This document shows, piece by piece, positions 52,152-64,000 of a DNA stretch of 64,000 nt. The notes under the pieces are model-generated. The model had not been told where the DNA came from, ran no database searches, and saw only the letters and a list, made by a program, of their open reading frames with translations. Within the stretch, counting starts at the first letter, position 1. Each line of letters opens with the position of its first letter. Source of the DNA: Heteronotia binoei (Eukaryota); assembly GCF_032191835.1 (NCBI RefSeq), contig NC_083224.1, positions 170,004,001-170,068,000 of the forward strand. Direction: 5' to 3'. The translations under genes and the position numbers were made by a program.

Positions 52152-52473
52152 TAGGGTTGCCAGCACCACCACCCCCACTGGAGGCAGGGGATCCTCTGCC
52201 CCCAGGCCCCACCCACCCCCTCTGGCAACTAGCTGACCAGCAGGGGGACTTACCAGGAGGAGAGAGGCCCAGATCATGTCTCCAGCAACATGGCAACATT
52301 ACTTCCGGTGTGTACTGGAAGCAACTCACCTCATCAGCAACATCCAGGCAACAATGACTGGGACATACCAACTGATGACATCACTTCTTGTACACTCCAA
52401 AAGTGACATCACCATTTTGCTAGTGGCATAACCTGGGCCTCCCTTCTGTACCTGGAGGGACCTGGCAATCCTA
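52152..52473. mobile_element. hAT-Tip100-like MITE
   Basis: TIRs tagggttgccag / ctggcaatccta; TSD gtttatca / ttttatca. Confidence 0.82.
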
Positions 52474-54005
52474 TTTTATCAAGTAGCTGTTTTCTAAAGC
52501 AAAAACTTAATTCATATAATGAACTGATAATTTGTCTTTCCTGCCAACCTGGGAAAAAAACTTTACTGTGTTCTTCCTTCCCTGTTCTTCAGGTGCAAAA
52601 TCATCACCTGTATTGTTCTGGCAAAACCCTACTATTGGTTCACACTATAGTTTCATGCACACTATGGTAAATTACCACTTTGCAAAGGTCTGGCTACATT
52701 CATGCAAATATCAATTTCCATAAGAATATCAGCTGCTCTGAGTAAGAAGAAGAAAAGGACACCTTGACCTCTTCTACCAGCCCAGAGAAATTATAACCGA
52801 TATATTGGGAAATAATTGTCAGATAAGCAGACTGTAAACATAACACATAAATAAATATCTTATTCATCTGATAATCTACTACATTAAAACACTTTAAAAT
52901 TAAAACATACATCAACAAATTTATGAATCAGAGATGCCTCTGGGTTTTTATATGACATTTTGGGGGGTTTCTTTCATCTTCCAAAACACATACATACACT
53001 TTTTCAGGGGCAAGTACACAAAATGCAGTATCCATTTAAAAATGCCAGCAAATTACAATGGGTGTGCAAATGTTGTAATTCAGTAGTAAGGGAATTCAAA
53101 CCCATGCACTAATTATCCACTGATAAAATGTCAGCTAAAAATCTGTACTGAACCCGTTGCAGTGAGAACTGCATTCAACCAAGGGCTCATCACTCCATTT
53201 TTCTTTAACAGCTTAAACAAAAATATGTTGAATAATTTTAATTGTGTCATGAGGACAAAGATTTCAATTAGTAGAGATAAGCTAGCAAGAGGTCCAATTT
53301 TCTTTTTCTTTCTGTTAATTGAAGGAAACCTTTTTTTTTGTAGAGATAGTATTCAAAGCATAAACAGACTGCCATGCTATGTTTGTCTACTTTTCCCTAA
53401 AAATAGTCTTAACCTTGAAGCTCAAACACCTGCTGTCAGAGCTCCTGTCCCAACCCTTGCTTCCTGGCAGCTGGCATCTTTGGCCTGTACACCCCCGCCC
53501 CCCAACTCTTGCTCTTCATTTTGGCAATTCCTCCCACAACAACATTACTTGGAAATTACAGTCAGCGTCCCTAACGGGTCAAAGGAGAATTCTGTGGAGA
53601 ATGTTATTCAGAATAGCAAGTACAAGTGTCTCCTCCCCAATCTACAGCATAGGGTTGTTGAAGAGGGGCAGAATAAATAGATACAAATTCTCCCTCCAAA
53701 GATATCACTACATCTAATGGTTAACTGGATGCCTATTGTGTGAATGCTAAAAACAGAATAGAGAACCACCTAAAGTGGGGGTCTCTACCTACTGAGGGGA
53801 CACCTTAGGTTTGAAATATGTGTGTGTGACTGAGTGTGCACCGATGAGGACTGAGAATACTCCAGAAGAGTCAGAACATTACAAGCAGTTGCTTCCCCCC
53901 CTCCAATTCTGCACAGGCCCCCTACTTTTAAATATACATTTTGCTAATACGAAACAAAAAGTGGGCTATCATTGGGGTGTTTTAGATTGAGAGGAAGACC
54001 AAACT

Positions 54006-54150
54006 GCCCTGACCAGGATAGCCAAGGCAGCCTGATCTTGTCAGGTCTTGAAAGCTAAGGTCAGCCCTGGTTGGTACTTGGATGGGAGATTACCAAGGAA
54101 GTCTAGAGTTGCTACACGGAGGCAGGCAATGGGCTGCTTCTGAACATCTC
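54006..54150 (+). mobile_element. 5S-derived SINE, 3'-truncated
   Basis: gccctgaccaggatag...aaagctaagg...ggtacttggatgggaga. Confidence 0.7.
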
Positions 54151-54224
54151 TTGTCTTTACATCCCAAAGACAGCTGCAACTGGATACCAAAAAATGAACT
54201 AATCAAACTTGACAAAGGCTAGAC

Positions 54225-54809
54225 CAGAGGTGGCCAAACTTGTTTAACGTAAGAGCCACAGAATAAATATCAGATGTTTGAGAAGAGGGAGGGAGGGAAG
54301 GAAGGAAGGGATGGAGGAACTTTACCTTTAAATGCATTCTCCAAGCTGCCAGCTGGCTTGGCTCAGCAAAGTGATTTAAAGAGACAAATGCCTTCTCCAA
54401 GCTGGATGACAGTGGAGTGGAGACTTTGAGGGGAAAAAAAGAAAAGGTCCCGTGTGCAAGCACCAGTCGTTTCTGACTCTGGGGTGACACTGCTTTCCCA
54501 ACATTTTCACGGCAGACTTTTTTACAGGGTGGTTTGCCATTGCCTTCCCCAGTCATCTATGCTTCCCCCCAGCAAGCTGGGTACTCATCTTACCAACCTC
54601 AGAAGGATGGAAGGCTGAGTCAACCTTGAGCTGGCTACCTGAAAACCCAGCTTCCACACCAGGGATTGAACTCAGGTTGTGAGCAGAACTTAGGACTGCA
54701 GTACTGCAGCTTTAACACTCTGTGTCACGGGGCTCATGGAGACTTTGAAAGCCACACAATATATGTAAAAGAGCCACATGTGGTTCCTGAGCCAGTTTGG
54801 CCACCCCAG
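54225..54809 (+). mobile_element. hAT MITE (same family as 26378) interrupted by a Sauria SINE
   Basis: TIRs cagaggtggccaaac / gtttggccaccccag; flanks g(c/t)tagac. Confidence 0.8.
54430..54736 (-). mobile_element. Sauria SINE with 12-bp TSD
   Basis: TSD tggagactttga at 54418-54429 and 54737-54748. Confidence 0.85.
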
Positions 54810-57800
54810 GTTAGACACATGAGCTGGACCACAGGCAAAGTGATAACTAATTTACAAAATCCAGGTACATCCTATTATATTTGTGTGTACTTTCCACAAA
54901 TGTGAGCCATTTCCTGAGTACCATTACCATGTCATCAACAGACTTACCCGGATCAAACACTGGCATACTAATAATATTCAGAAATGGGCTGATACATGTG
55001 CAAAGCATGTTTAAATACAATGGGCACATGCTGAAAATTTAAACCAATGACTCATGTGTCTTGTTTGGTCACAGACTATAAAAAATGGATACAAGAATGC
55101 ACACACACATGCATACATTCTGAAGACCTCCTACACTCCAGCCAAATCAATTCCAAAAACCCTCAGAGAAATTTAAGACTCAGAAACATTTGTGTGAATG
55201 TTGAACAATACAGAAATGCACTTAGATACAGCATAATGTTGGGATGCAAGTCCATTTTTACTATACTTCTGATGTTCACTCATGAGGTTTCTCCATGCAA
55301 GCATGTGTTAAATAGAGAATTCTAACAGGCTTCAATGTGATTGATACCAGACTGAAACATGAACTGAAAAAATTAAAGTCTATAGTATATTTACTTTCTA
55401 AATAAAGCAATGCAACATGTATATAACATCTATTACTCAAATTATTTCCACAACAAAGTTATCAAAATGTAAACCAGATACTTCAAATTACAATAGCCAC
55501 ATTCCCAAAATCTGTAACGGCAACGTCTCGTTAAGTCCTCATGCTGTATCACTCCTTTTCCAACTTCAATAGAAATGTCCACAATGTCCACAAGTTGGTT
55601 TGGATAAATGCTAATCCGGAGCTGTGCACTTGGAGGAAGCAGGTGTGCACAGACTAAGTTGCCATTTTATCACCGTCCAGTTACATCAACTTAGCTTACT
55701 AGCTCATGACATGTTTCCAATTCAGTACTAAGTGGTGAATTACCCACCTTCTTTTGGTTACACATCCAACATGTGATACAGTTTTTAGTTTAAATGCCAA
55801 GTCCCCAGGACTATATTTTTAACTTTTCTATCAAAGCACATTTTAATGTAACTTGGTAGCTTTCCAGAAGTCTTAAAGAGGATATTTCATTACAATGTGA
55901 AATTAAGAATTATACCTTTCACAGACTGACTCAATATGATGTGAAAGGTAGATCAGCCATCCTATATCCCATAATTGCTATAGTCAACCATCTGAGAAGA
56001 CAGAATACAAAAAACTAAGTTCACATTTAAACTCAAAGCCACCAGCAACTGCCTGCAAACAGCACAGGATCTAAGGTACACAGTATAAGCTCTTTTGGAG
56101 TTTCAATACCGGTGAACTGAAAAATAGGATCATTTTCTGCCGTACATGCAAAAGAGACTGCTGGTTCACCTCACCACTACACTATTTCATGAAAAAGTCC
56201 GCTGACTGCAGGAAAGGAAATCGAATATGATGGGGATGCAAGAATTAACACACGGGGATCAGCATGCTCAAGAATACACCCTACAGACGTTCATCACAAG
56301 CCAAGCATTTGTGGAGATAACTACAAGCTTGTCACAATATTCAGCCACCAACATCGTTTGGAAAATATCAGCTGCCGCTTCTCCCTTTCAAACCAGCAAT
56401 GGATTGTTTCTCTGTAACTTCTTTACTGCTCTCATTCCCCCATAGACATATATTTGCCATACCAAGTGAAGTTGAGAAGTGGCCTAAGCACATGCCCTTC
56501 ATCACACTCCCTCCACCGTTTTGTGCCAGGGAAGAAGTAGCTTGTGTCCCCAGGACCAAGTATAAACTTATCTTGACACTAAACAGGGGGACATATGCAG
56601 ATAACTGTGTGTCAGTGGCTGACTACTTACAATTTACAAGGCAGGCCAAGACTAGTAAACAATGCCTGAACAGACAAGCCCTTTCATAACTAATAGATAC
56701 ACATCTAAATATACAAAGCGTTCAATATAGCTACTCTTACAACCTATGCACTTAATTTTCTTTCCCAGGAAGGTAACATATATAGCACAAACTCAAACAA
56801 TGTGATCCCCAAAGAACACAGGCACCAGTGAAAAGAAAAGCAGTCAGTAAGAGTGCAAGAGAGCTCACAATCTTCATCTTCATCAACTGGACTGAAGGGG
56901 AAGCAGCCGAAGCACAAAACAATACTCAGCTTTCTTCTAAGCAGCTTATGCAAGGCAACAGTCACACTTTAAGGAGAACATGAGGAATAAAAACCAGTTG
57001 AACTTCATTATGGAAGATATGCTTTACACTGCCATCGTCAACATTTTAAAAGTGAAGCCAGAGAAAAGTGACCTTTTTTTTTTTTTTTGGCAGCTTCATC
57101 GTCTCAGTGCAATTCCCCCCACTTCTGTCTAGTAGGTTTAGGGTTCAAATGTAAATCAAGCCAAAAAGCACCACAACGATGAAGGATATATTTACATGTA
57201 ACCAGTTGATAGAACAGTGGCAATAAAAGGCAAAGGATAAAATGAATATGCTTCTGTCTAATCTGCATTTGTAACACCCTTAAAAAAATCAGTTTATTTT
57301 GGAATGAGCATTATGGGAGTTGTAATAATCCCCCTATTAAGGAACATGCTGCAAAGCCACCTTTTGAAGACCACTGAGACAGCAGCAGGACTCAGCCACT
57401 GTCTGCGGCAGTCCCCCATTAATTAGCACTGCCTTCACATACCAAATGCCCGGGGACCACTAACATTAGTATGAAGCTTTCATTTAACAGCACGCCTCAG
57501 CACTCTTTGGCGACAGGTCTTGAACTCATCAGGAAGCGACAGAAGTGGCAAAAACCATCCCTGTCAGTCATGCAGCAATCAAGCCAGGAAAGCTACCAAA
57601 TGTCCCCGCATATTTTTAATTCCTCAGAAGAAGCCCCTTAGAACATCCACTAGAATGGAAAGCTCAGAGGAACAATTGCTGAGGCACGATTGTGGAAGGA
57701 AATCTTCTTGGTCCTCAAAGAGTGCTTTTTATGCAGCACTCCCAGTTTGATAAGCAGCTTTCCAGAATGGGGGACACCAAACAGACTGTATGCAACATTC

Positions 57801-57859
57801 CAAAGGTGAAGTTGTATTCGTTTGTGGCAGTCATCAAAAAACAACAAAGTCATCTTGGG

Positions 57860-57935
57860 GCACCATAAAAACTAACAGATTTATTGAAATTCACAATAGC
57901 TTATGCCACAATATATTTGTTAGTCTTTAAGATGC
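57860..57935. mobile_element. Decayed Penelope-like inverted-repeat mini-element
   Basis: gcaccataaaaactaacagatttatt / aatatatttgttagtctttaagatgc. Confidence 0.45.
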
Positions 57936-58433
57936 AGCATGAATCTTCTTTGTTTCTACATGTAAACTATGAGAAGTTTTTATACTTTACTCATTGCAAG
58001 GTACAAAGGAAATTAAAGAATCCAGTTTTTGGTGGTCATGACTTCGAGGAACTATGAAGTCATACTGATATTTTACAATTAAGCCATTGTTAAGGCTTTG
58101 TCATCCCAAAAAGTCAAACAGAGGTAGAATGTCACCCACAATGGCACAGCATCCAGTCCATTTATAAAAGTTGTCTCGGGAACTGAGACTCAGTTACAAT
58201 TCTGCATTGGCACAGCAACCTACCAAAGACCTAGGCACTTGATATACAGTGTGACACACACAATACTGAAGCAATTTCTCACTTCTATGATAACAAGTTC
58301 AGGGCTACCACAAGAAGGGATCATAAGGTCAAACTAGTGTTTCTGCCTGCTTTTACCTTTTCAAATCTTAGACTCCAAAGACAAGCAATAGTTTTGCTGT
58401 CCAGAGAGTACACATAGGAATATCACTGTATAT

Positions 58434-58646
58434 GAACATATAAACATATGAAGCTGCCTTATACTGAATCAGACCCTTGGTCATCAAAGTCAGTATTGTC
58501 TACTCAGACTGGCAGCTGCTCTCCAGGGTCTCAAGCTGAGGTTTTTCACACCTATTTGCCTGGACTCTTTTTTGGAGATGCCAGGGATTGAACCCGGGAC
58601 GTTCTGCTTACCAAGCAGATGCTCTATCACTAAGCCACCGTCCCTC
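58434..58646 (-). mobile_element. Squam2-like tRNA SINE, full length
   Basis: Reverse: gagggacggtggcttagtgatagagc...gggttcaatccctggcatctcc...cagtataaggcagcttcatatgtt. Confidence 0.75.
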
Positions 58647-58715
58647 TACATACTTTCAAAATACTACTATTCCCCAAACATATTCAGGTGGGCAGTCCTT
58701 TTGGACTGAATATAC

Positions 58716-58847
58716 TTTGAGCCCTGTGATACCTTCAAGGCCAACAAAGTTTAAATCTGTGTATAAGCTTTTGCCTGTATGCACACACACAAAAGCTTAT
58801 ACCCAGAATTAAACTTCGTTGGTCTTAAAGGTGCCACTGGACTCAAA
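58716..58847. mobile_element. Penelope-like inverted-repeat mini-element (57-bp arms, 18-nt loop)
   Basis: aaggccaacaaagtttaaatctgtgtataagctttt versus reverse complement aagaccaacgaagtttaattctgggtataagctttt. Confidence 0.65.
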
Positions 58848-61039
58848 TTTTGTTCTATTCTCCAGAGTCCCATCTATATTTTTTTCAACATGTCATAAAT
58901 TAGTCATTGTTTAGTCCCTTCTCTTTACCACAATCCTCTCTTTCGTCCCCTCTATTCACCACATTCCATGTTATAAGGCAAACCTATCAACAGAAATGGA
59001 AAACCTGATATGGAGGCTGTGCTCAAAGCCACCCTAGTGCCAAGAGAACTTGGCCAGAGTTGCTAGAGAGCAAAAAATAAAGCTATATTCCCCCACACAC
59101 ACACCGATAACACAACTTTCTTCTTTCTACCACCCCCTCCAACTGAAAACATGGAAGACAAATATAGAATACATACTACAAACAAGAGGGGGTCTGGGAG
59201 ACTGGCCAAAGATTAAGCTGCCCACCCATCTCTGGTGAGTTTTAGAAACTGCTTCCTAACCCAGTTTGACAAATACCTGGTATATGTTCACAGGCATAAT
59301 TAACTAGTCATTTTGTGCTGAAGAGCTCCTAAAGAAAAAAAAATGGCTTTGATTCACAGGCATACTAATTCCAGTTGAAGACGGCCAGAAAATGGCTGTT
59401 TCAGGTCTTGAAAATATCATGAACACATCCTGGATTTTTCAAGGGACCAATCTAGTTGATCATTGTAAATGCTCACAGGGCCTTTTTAAAAACAGACTGT
59501 CCTACCTAAGTCTCAAATACTTGTATTATCACAATGTCATGATGGCCTGACTGAAATTCACCTCGGTCTCTCATTAGCTCAGCTTTGTTGCCTGCAATCT
59601 CAATGTTGTTATTCACCTTCCACAATAACCTTTTATAAGTATCTGTCCTACACTTATACCACTGTTAATAACATTGGTAAACTACCACATGATCTTCATC
59701 TATCAGAGTAGGAGCCAATTACTCCTCAGTTCAGCTTGATTACTTTTCTTGGAAGACACTGATTGAGGGGAGGGATTAGAATGTCTTCTGCACCATTCAT
59801 TCTCTACTTGACATAAGAAGAATATATTAACAATTGCGGTGGGGAACACTACAAAGGGCTTATAAAGTACAGCCTAACAAATTTTTATTTGATTTGATTT
59901 ATATCCCGCCCTCTCCGCCGAGGCAGGCTCAGGGCAGCTCACAAAAAGAACTGTTGATACAGATATCACCCAAATATGCAACTATTGCTGAAAAGGAAGA
60001 GAGCAATACGCACACATGCAATATGGATTCCTAGAGCTGAGGTATTTTCAACTGGATTATTCTGGAAAGTAATCATTGCTTTATTCCAACAGATAAAAAA
60101 CATTTAACACCCACTTTCTGATGGAGCAAGCCCTGAGGAACATATTACAACAGCGAGACTCCATTGTTCCCTGCATTGCCTTCTAGGCTCAAATAAATAT
60201 ACAGTCATGACCCAGAACAGAGCTTGACAAATCCTAGGCATCACGTCAACATGGCGCCTAGAAATTTCATTACAATGTTAGCATTGTTAGCAATGATTTT
60301 ATTGGAGTCTCTATCCACAAGAACAACAAAGCTTATCATTTCAAATAAGGTTTTGCTGTTTAGCATAAAAAGACATGAAGTTTTCATCACTGCTTATTTA
60401 TGTGTAAACTTTATACCACTCAATGGCAATGGATGAATTTTATTTCTTAACCAGCTGCCTTCCATACTAGCTCCAATATTCAATTAAATTGAACTTTTAA
60501 AGCAATAAGGGAATGATCAGAACTAGGGGAGAAGTTGCTAGGGATAGCTTTTTTTGTTGTACTGATGAAAACTAGGGCTATCACTGAGTTTATTCATAAC
60601 ACTTTTGCTATTGGCTAAATAAAATTATAAGAAACTGAAGAGGTTAGGTTATGTGCTGGCAATAATTAGGGAATACATAATTAATATGCAATATTCTGAA
60701 GTCTGAAAAACTAATCTGGATCCTAAATATTTCACTTGGCTACTACAGCAAAACAAAGTTTGTCAAAGCCTGACCTAGAAAGCCATGAACACTCCAAACT
60801 TGAGATGATGCTTCCACTATATGTTCCATCATCTGTGAGATCAGTTAGAAGTGCCACTATGAAGTTATTGTCTATGCACTGTTAGGGCTAGAAAGCCATC
60901 TAGAAACACACCTGTCTTGACCACCTAGCAGAAATCCCTTACCTGGAATGTCAAAGCCACAATGAGCTCTCCAGAAGTAGTGCAAGCCTTCTTTTTTTTT
61001 ATTGCAGTCAGGTTTTGGTTGTCCAAGACATGGCAATGA

Positions 61040-62105
61040 GGACTGAGCATTTGTACGCTATATGCTTTTGGCTGTGTGGATCATGAAAAGCTATGGTTGG
61101 TTTTAAAAGGAACAGGCTAGCCACAGCATCTGATTGTTTGATGAACAGCCTGTAATCCGGACAAGAGGCCAAAGAATATGGAGAAGCAGAACGGTTTCCA
61201 ATTGGTAAAGGTGTCAGACAAGAATGCATTTTATCTCCCTGTCTCTTCAACCCATATGCAGAATACAGCATAAAGAAAATTGAACTAGATTTAGATGAAG
61301 GTGGAATGAAAATTAGTGGAAGGAACATTAGCAATTTGAGATATGCAGATGACACCATATTACTGACAGAAAAAAAGGGAAGACTTGAAACAACTACTGC
61401 TGAACGTTAGAAAGAGCCAAAGCAAGATTACAGCTGAACATAAAGTAGATAAAACTAATAACTGCTGGAGAATTACACAACTTTAAGGTTGACAATGAAG
61501 AAACTGAAATTGTTCAAGACTGTTTATTCCTTGACTCCATCATCAACCCAAAGGGAGAATGCAACCTAGAAATCAAGTGTCTGAGACTGGGAATTGCAGC
61601 CATGAAGGAGCTAGAAAATATCCATAAGTGTCAGGATATGTTGCTGGTGACCAAGATCAAGTTAATTCACGCCACAGTATTCCCCACTGCTGTGCATGGA
61701 TGTGAAAGATAGACAGTGAAGAAAGCTGATAGTAAGCAGGTCCCTTACAGAATCATAGAGTTGGAAGAGAACTCCAGGGTCATCTAGTCCAACCCCAATG
61801 TGGTGCTGGAGGAGAGTATTACAGATGTCATGGACAACTAAGTGGATTCTAGATCAAATCAAGGCTGAACTCTCCTGAGAAGCTAAAATGACTAAACTGA
61901 GGCTATTGTACTTTGTTCACTTTGTAAGAAGACAAAAGCCAGTGGAAAAGACAATAATGCTGGGAAAAGTTGAAACCAGCACAAAAAGAGAAAGACACAA
62001 CATGAGATAGACTGAAACTACAAAAGGAAGCTACCAACTTTTAATGACAGGACATTTTAGAGACAGATTTGCCATAAGTCAGAAGCTTGACAGCACTTAA
62101 CAAAC
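61040..62105 (+). mobile_element. Degenerate RTE/BovB-clade LINE 3' part, with a short reversed CR1 tail at 61749-61796
   Basis: GKGVRQECILSPCLFN...ISGRNISNLRYADDTILL; stops and frameshifts; tail gccataagtcagaag...acaaacacac. Confidence 0.85.
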
Positions 62106-64000
62106 ACACTTGCTTTTAACATACTGTAACTCACTCCCAGCCTTTGGGATACATCAGGTTACAAACCATAAATGAGTTTTAAAGAAAGTAAAGCTCTCTA
62201 TAATTAAGTTGTACCACTAACATAATATGTCCACCATCACCAACAGCTATACCTCTGCAACAGTATTCCAAACCTCAAATAATCATTTAAAATCTTCATC
62301 TGCGTACCACTATTCTGCATATCAAGAGGGCAGGAACAGCTCTTAACTCATGGATGTCTATCAAATGTATCATCACAGGACTAAAGTATGACCAAGTTAA
62401 AACACAGGTCAGTGCTGTTCCCCAGATTTTTTTTTTTTTTTTAAATGTAAAGCCTCAACCAAAGCGCCATCTGAACCAACTTACACTGATCAAGATGAAT
62501 GGAAATGTGTGTAAAAGTGAATACAAAACAACTAGCGATAACAAAAGACACAAGAATTGAGAGCACTCCTTTTACTGGTTATTTTGAAGGAGATGGTAGC
62601 AGAATTAACAGAAAACCTGGCACTGTCAAGCTGGGAATCTTCCATACATGTACACAGCTTAAAGAAGAATATGGTGACCAGCAGTGCAATCCAGGGGGTG
62701 GGTGTTTGAAAGCACTCAGGGAGCTAACTGCATCAGCGTATGCCTGAGATATGCCAGTGTAAGGGTCAGCTACAATGGCACAGGCCCCCAGCACCGTTCT
62801 GTCACTTTTGGGCACCGTGGAGGGCCACAGCAGCCCCTCCACTGGCATGGTTGTGGGAGGTTTGGGGGACATGGCCAGAGTTAGTTTGTTCCCTGAAGCC
62901 TCTCAGTTTGGGAATGCCCCCACCAGAGGTGGAAAGTTAAAGGCTGTGCAGCACATGCCAAAAAAAGAGCATGGCATGCCCCACAGGCAATAATTGAACT
63001 GAAAACTCAAGTTGTCCTCCTGCCACTGAAGAGTCACCTATTAGGCTTGGAGGAGCTCAGAATGCCAACTACAGGTTCAGTCAATCACCTCCCTCCCTAG
63101 GGAGCCAAGCCCCCCTTCCCAGCACCCAACTGCACCCCCCTAAAAAAAAAAAAAAAGGCAGCCGGAACATCTTACAACTCAGCAGTTAGGGTGTGTGGCA
63201 TGGAACTTCATCTCGGAGCTCCCTGCTGTGTGGACTTAGAGCAAGTGGCGAGGTACTTTGGTGGTGGGGAAAGCAGAGGGGGCATTTAGCACTACAAGGT
63301 GAACACTTAGAGCTAACACCAAAGGAGGAGAACAAAGTCCATACACAGCAACTGCCTTCTCCCATTTCAAAACCCTAACAGGTACACCACCTATGGAGGC
63401 TCAAACTAAATGGGCAACCATGCACTGACAGGTAAGCAAGGCCAACAATTCCAAACCTGCTTCCCTCTGTCTGCACTCAAACCTAGCACTGAGTTCGTGA
63501 AGGGGTGGCACAAGCCATGGCTGTGCAACGCCCTAACATACGATGGGGAAAAATCCCAGGAAAGCTTTCCGGGAGATCTTGGGGGCGGAGGGGATGATTC
63601 CTTATTTGCTTGGTTTACACCCTTAGCAAAGGACAGAGTGTGTATATATGATTTGAGGACAGCTGCTTCACCGTATGTGGCGAACTAGCTTGCCATGCAA
63701 CCCTTTAACTCATTTTCATGCAGAATCGCAGCATTGAGCAGCAGCTACTGTGGAAGGATTGTTGGCAATCCATAAGCACTTCAACAGGACGGGTGAATGT
63801 AATTTGCATGGCACCATCATGTGCCTTAAGGGGAGTTTGTAGTGAGCCAGCCCTGCCCCCAAATCAGGCTGCATCTGCAGAGCCTGTCAGGACAACACAT
63901 TCACAGCTGAGCTCAGAATGGCATGACTGGACATATCTATGTTTCACTTGCTTGCAGGTGCAGATTCAACAGGGAGACTTCTTGGTGTGCAAGTCCTGCC

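Noticed and set aside
53162-53680. 172-aa ORF
   Set aside because: Non-ATG start, translated poly-T runs, no domain; expected by chance.
41544-64000. SMG7 exon 1, promoter or an alternative coding first exon
   Set aside because: No MSLQSAQYL-like sequence and no CpG island found. ATG AGG ACT look-alikes at about 42430 and 55540 stop within a few codons or lack a donor.

Overview
Vertebrate (squamate, probably gecko) genomic DNA lying entirely inside the SMG7 gene (nonsense-mediated decay factor) on the minus strand. I traced 18 coding exons (exons 2-19 by comparison with human SMG7 as I recall it; 2971 nt). All have GT-AG ends and mutually consistent phases, running from 41543 down to 1304. 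Exon 1/promoter (beyond 64000) and the last exons (before position 1) are outside the window. Introns carry typical squamate repeats: CR1, L2 and RTE/BovB LINE pieces, Sauria, 5S-derived and Squam2/3-like SINEs, hAT MITEs with 8-bp TSDs, Penelope-like hairpins and two 3-copy minisatellites. Nearly all other ORFs in the track are chance ORFs or antisense shadows of exons. I found no convincing new biological system. The best leads are candidate poison/micro-exons in this NMD gene (intron 1 and intron 14), a 142-nt AG-exclusion zone before cassette exon 18, a roughly 275-nt intronic foldback, and nested transposons. Repeat family names and human comparisons are from memory, not database searches.
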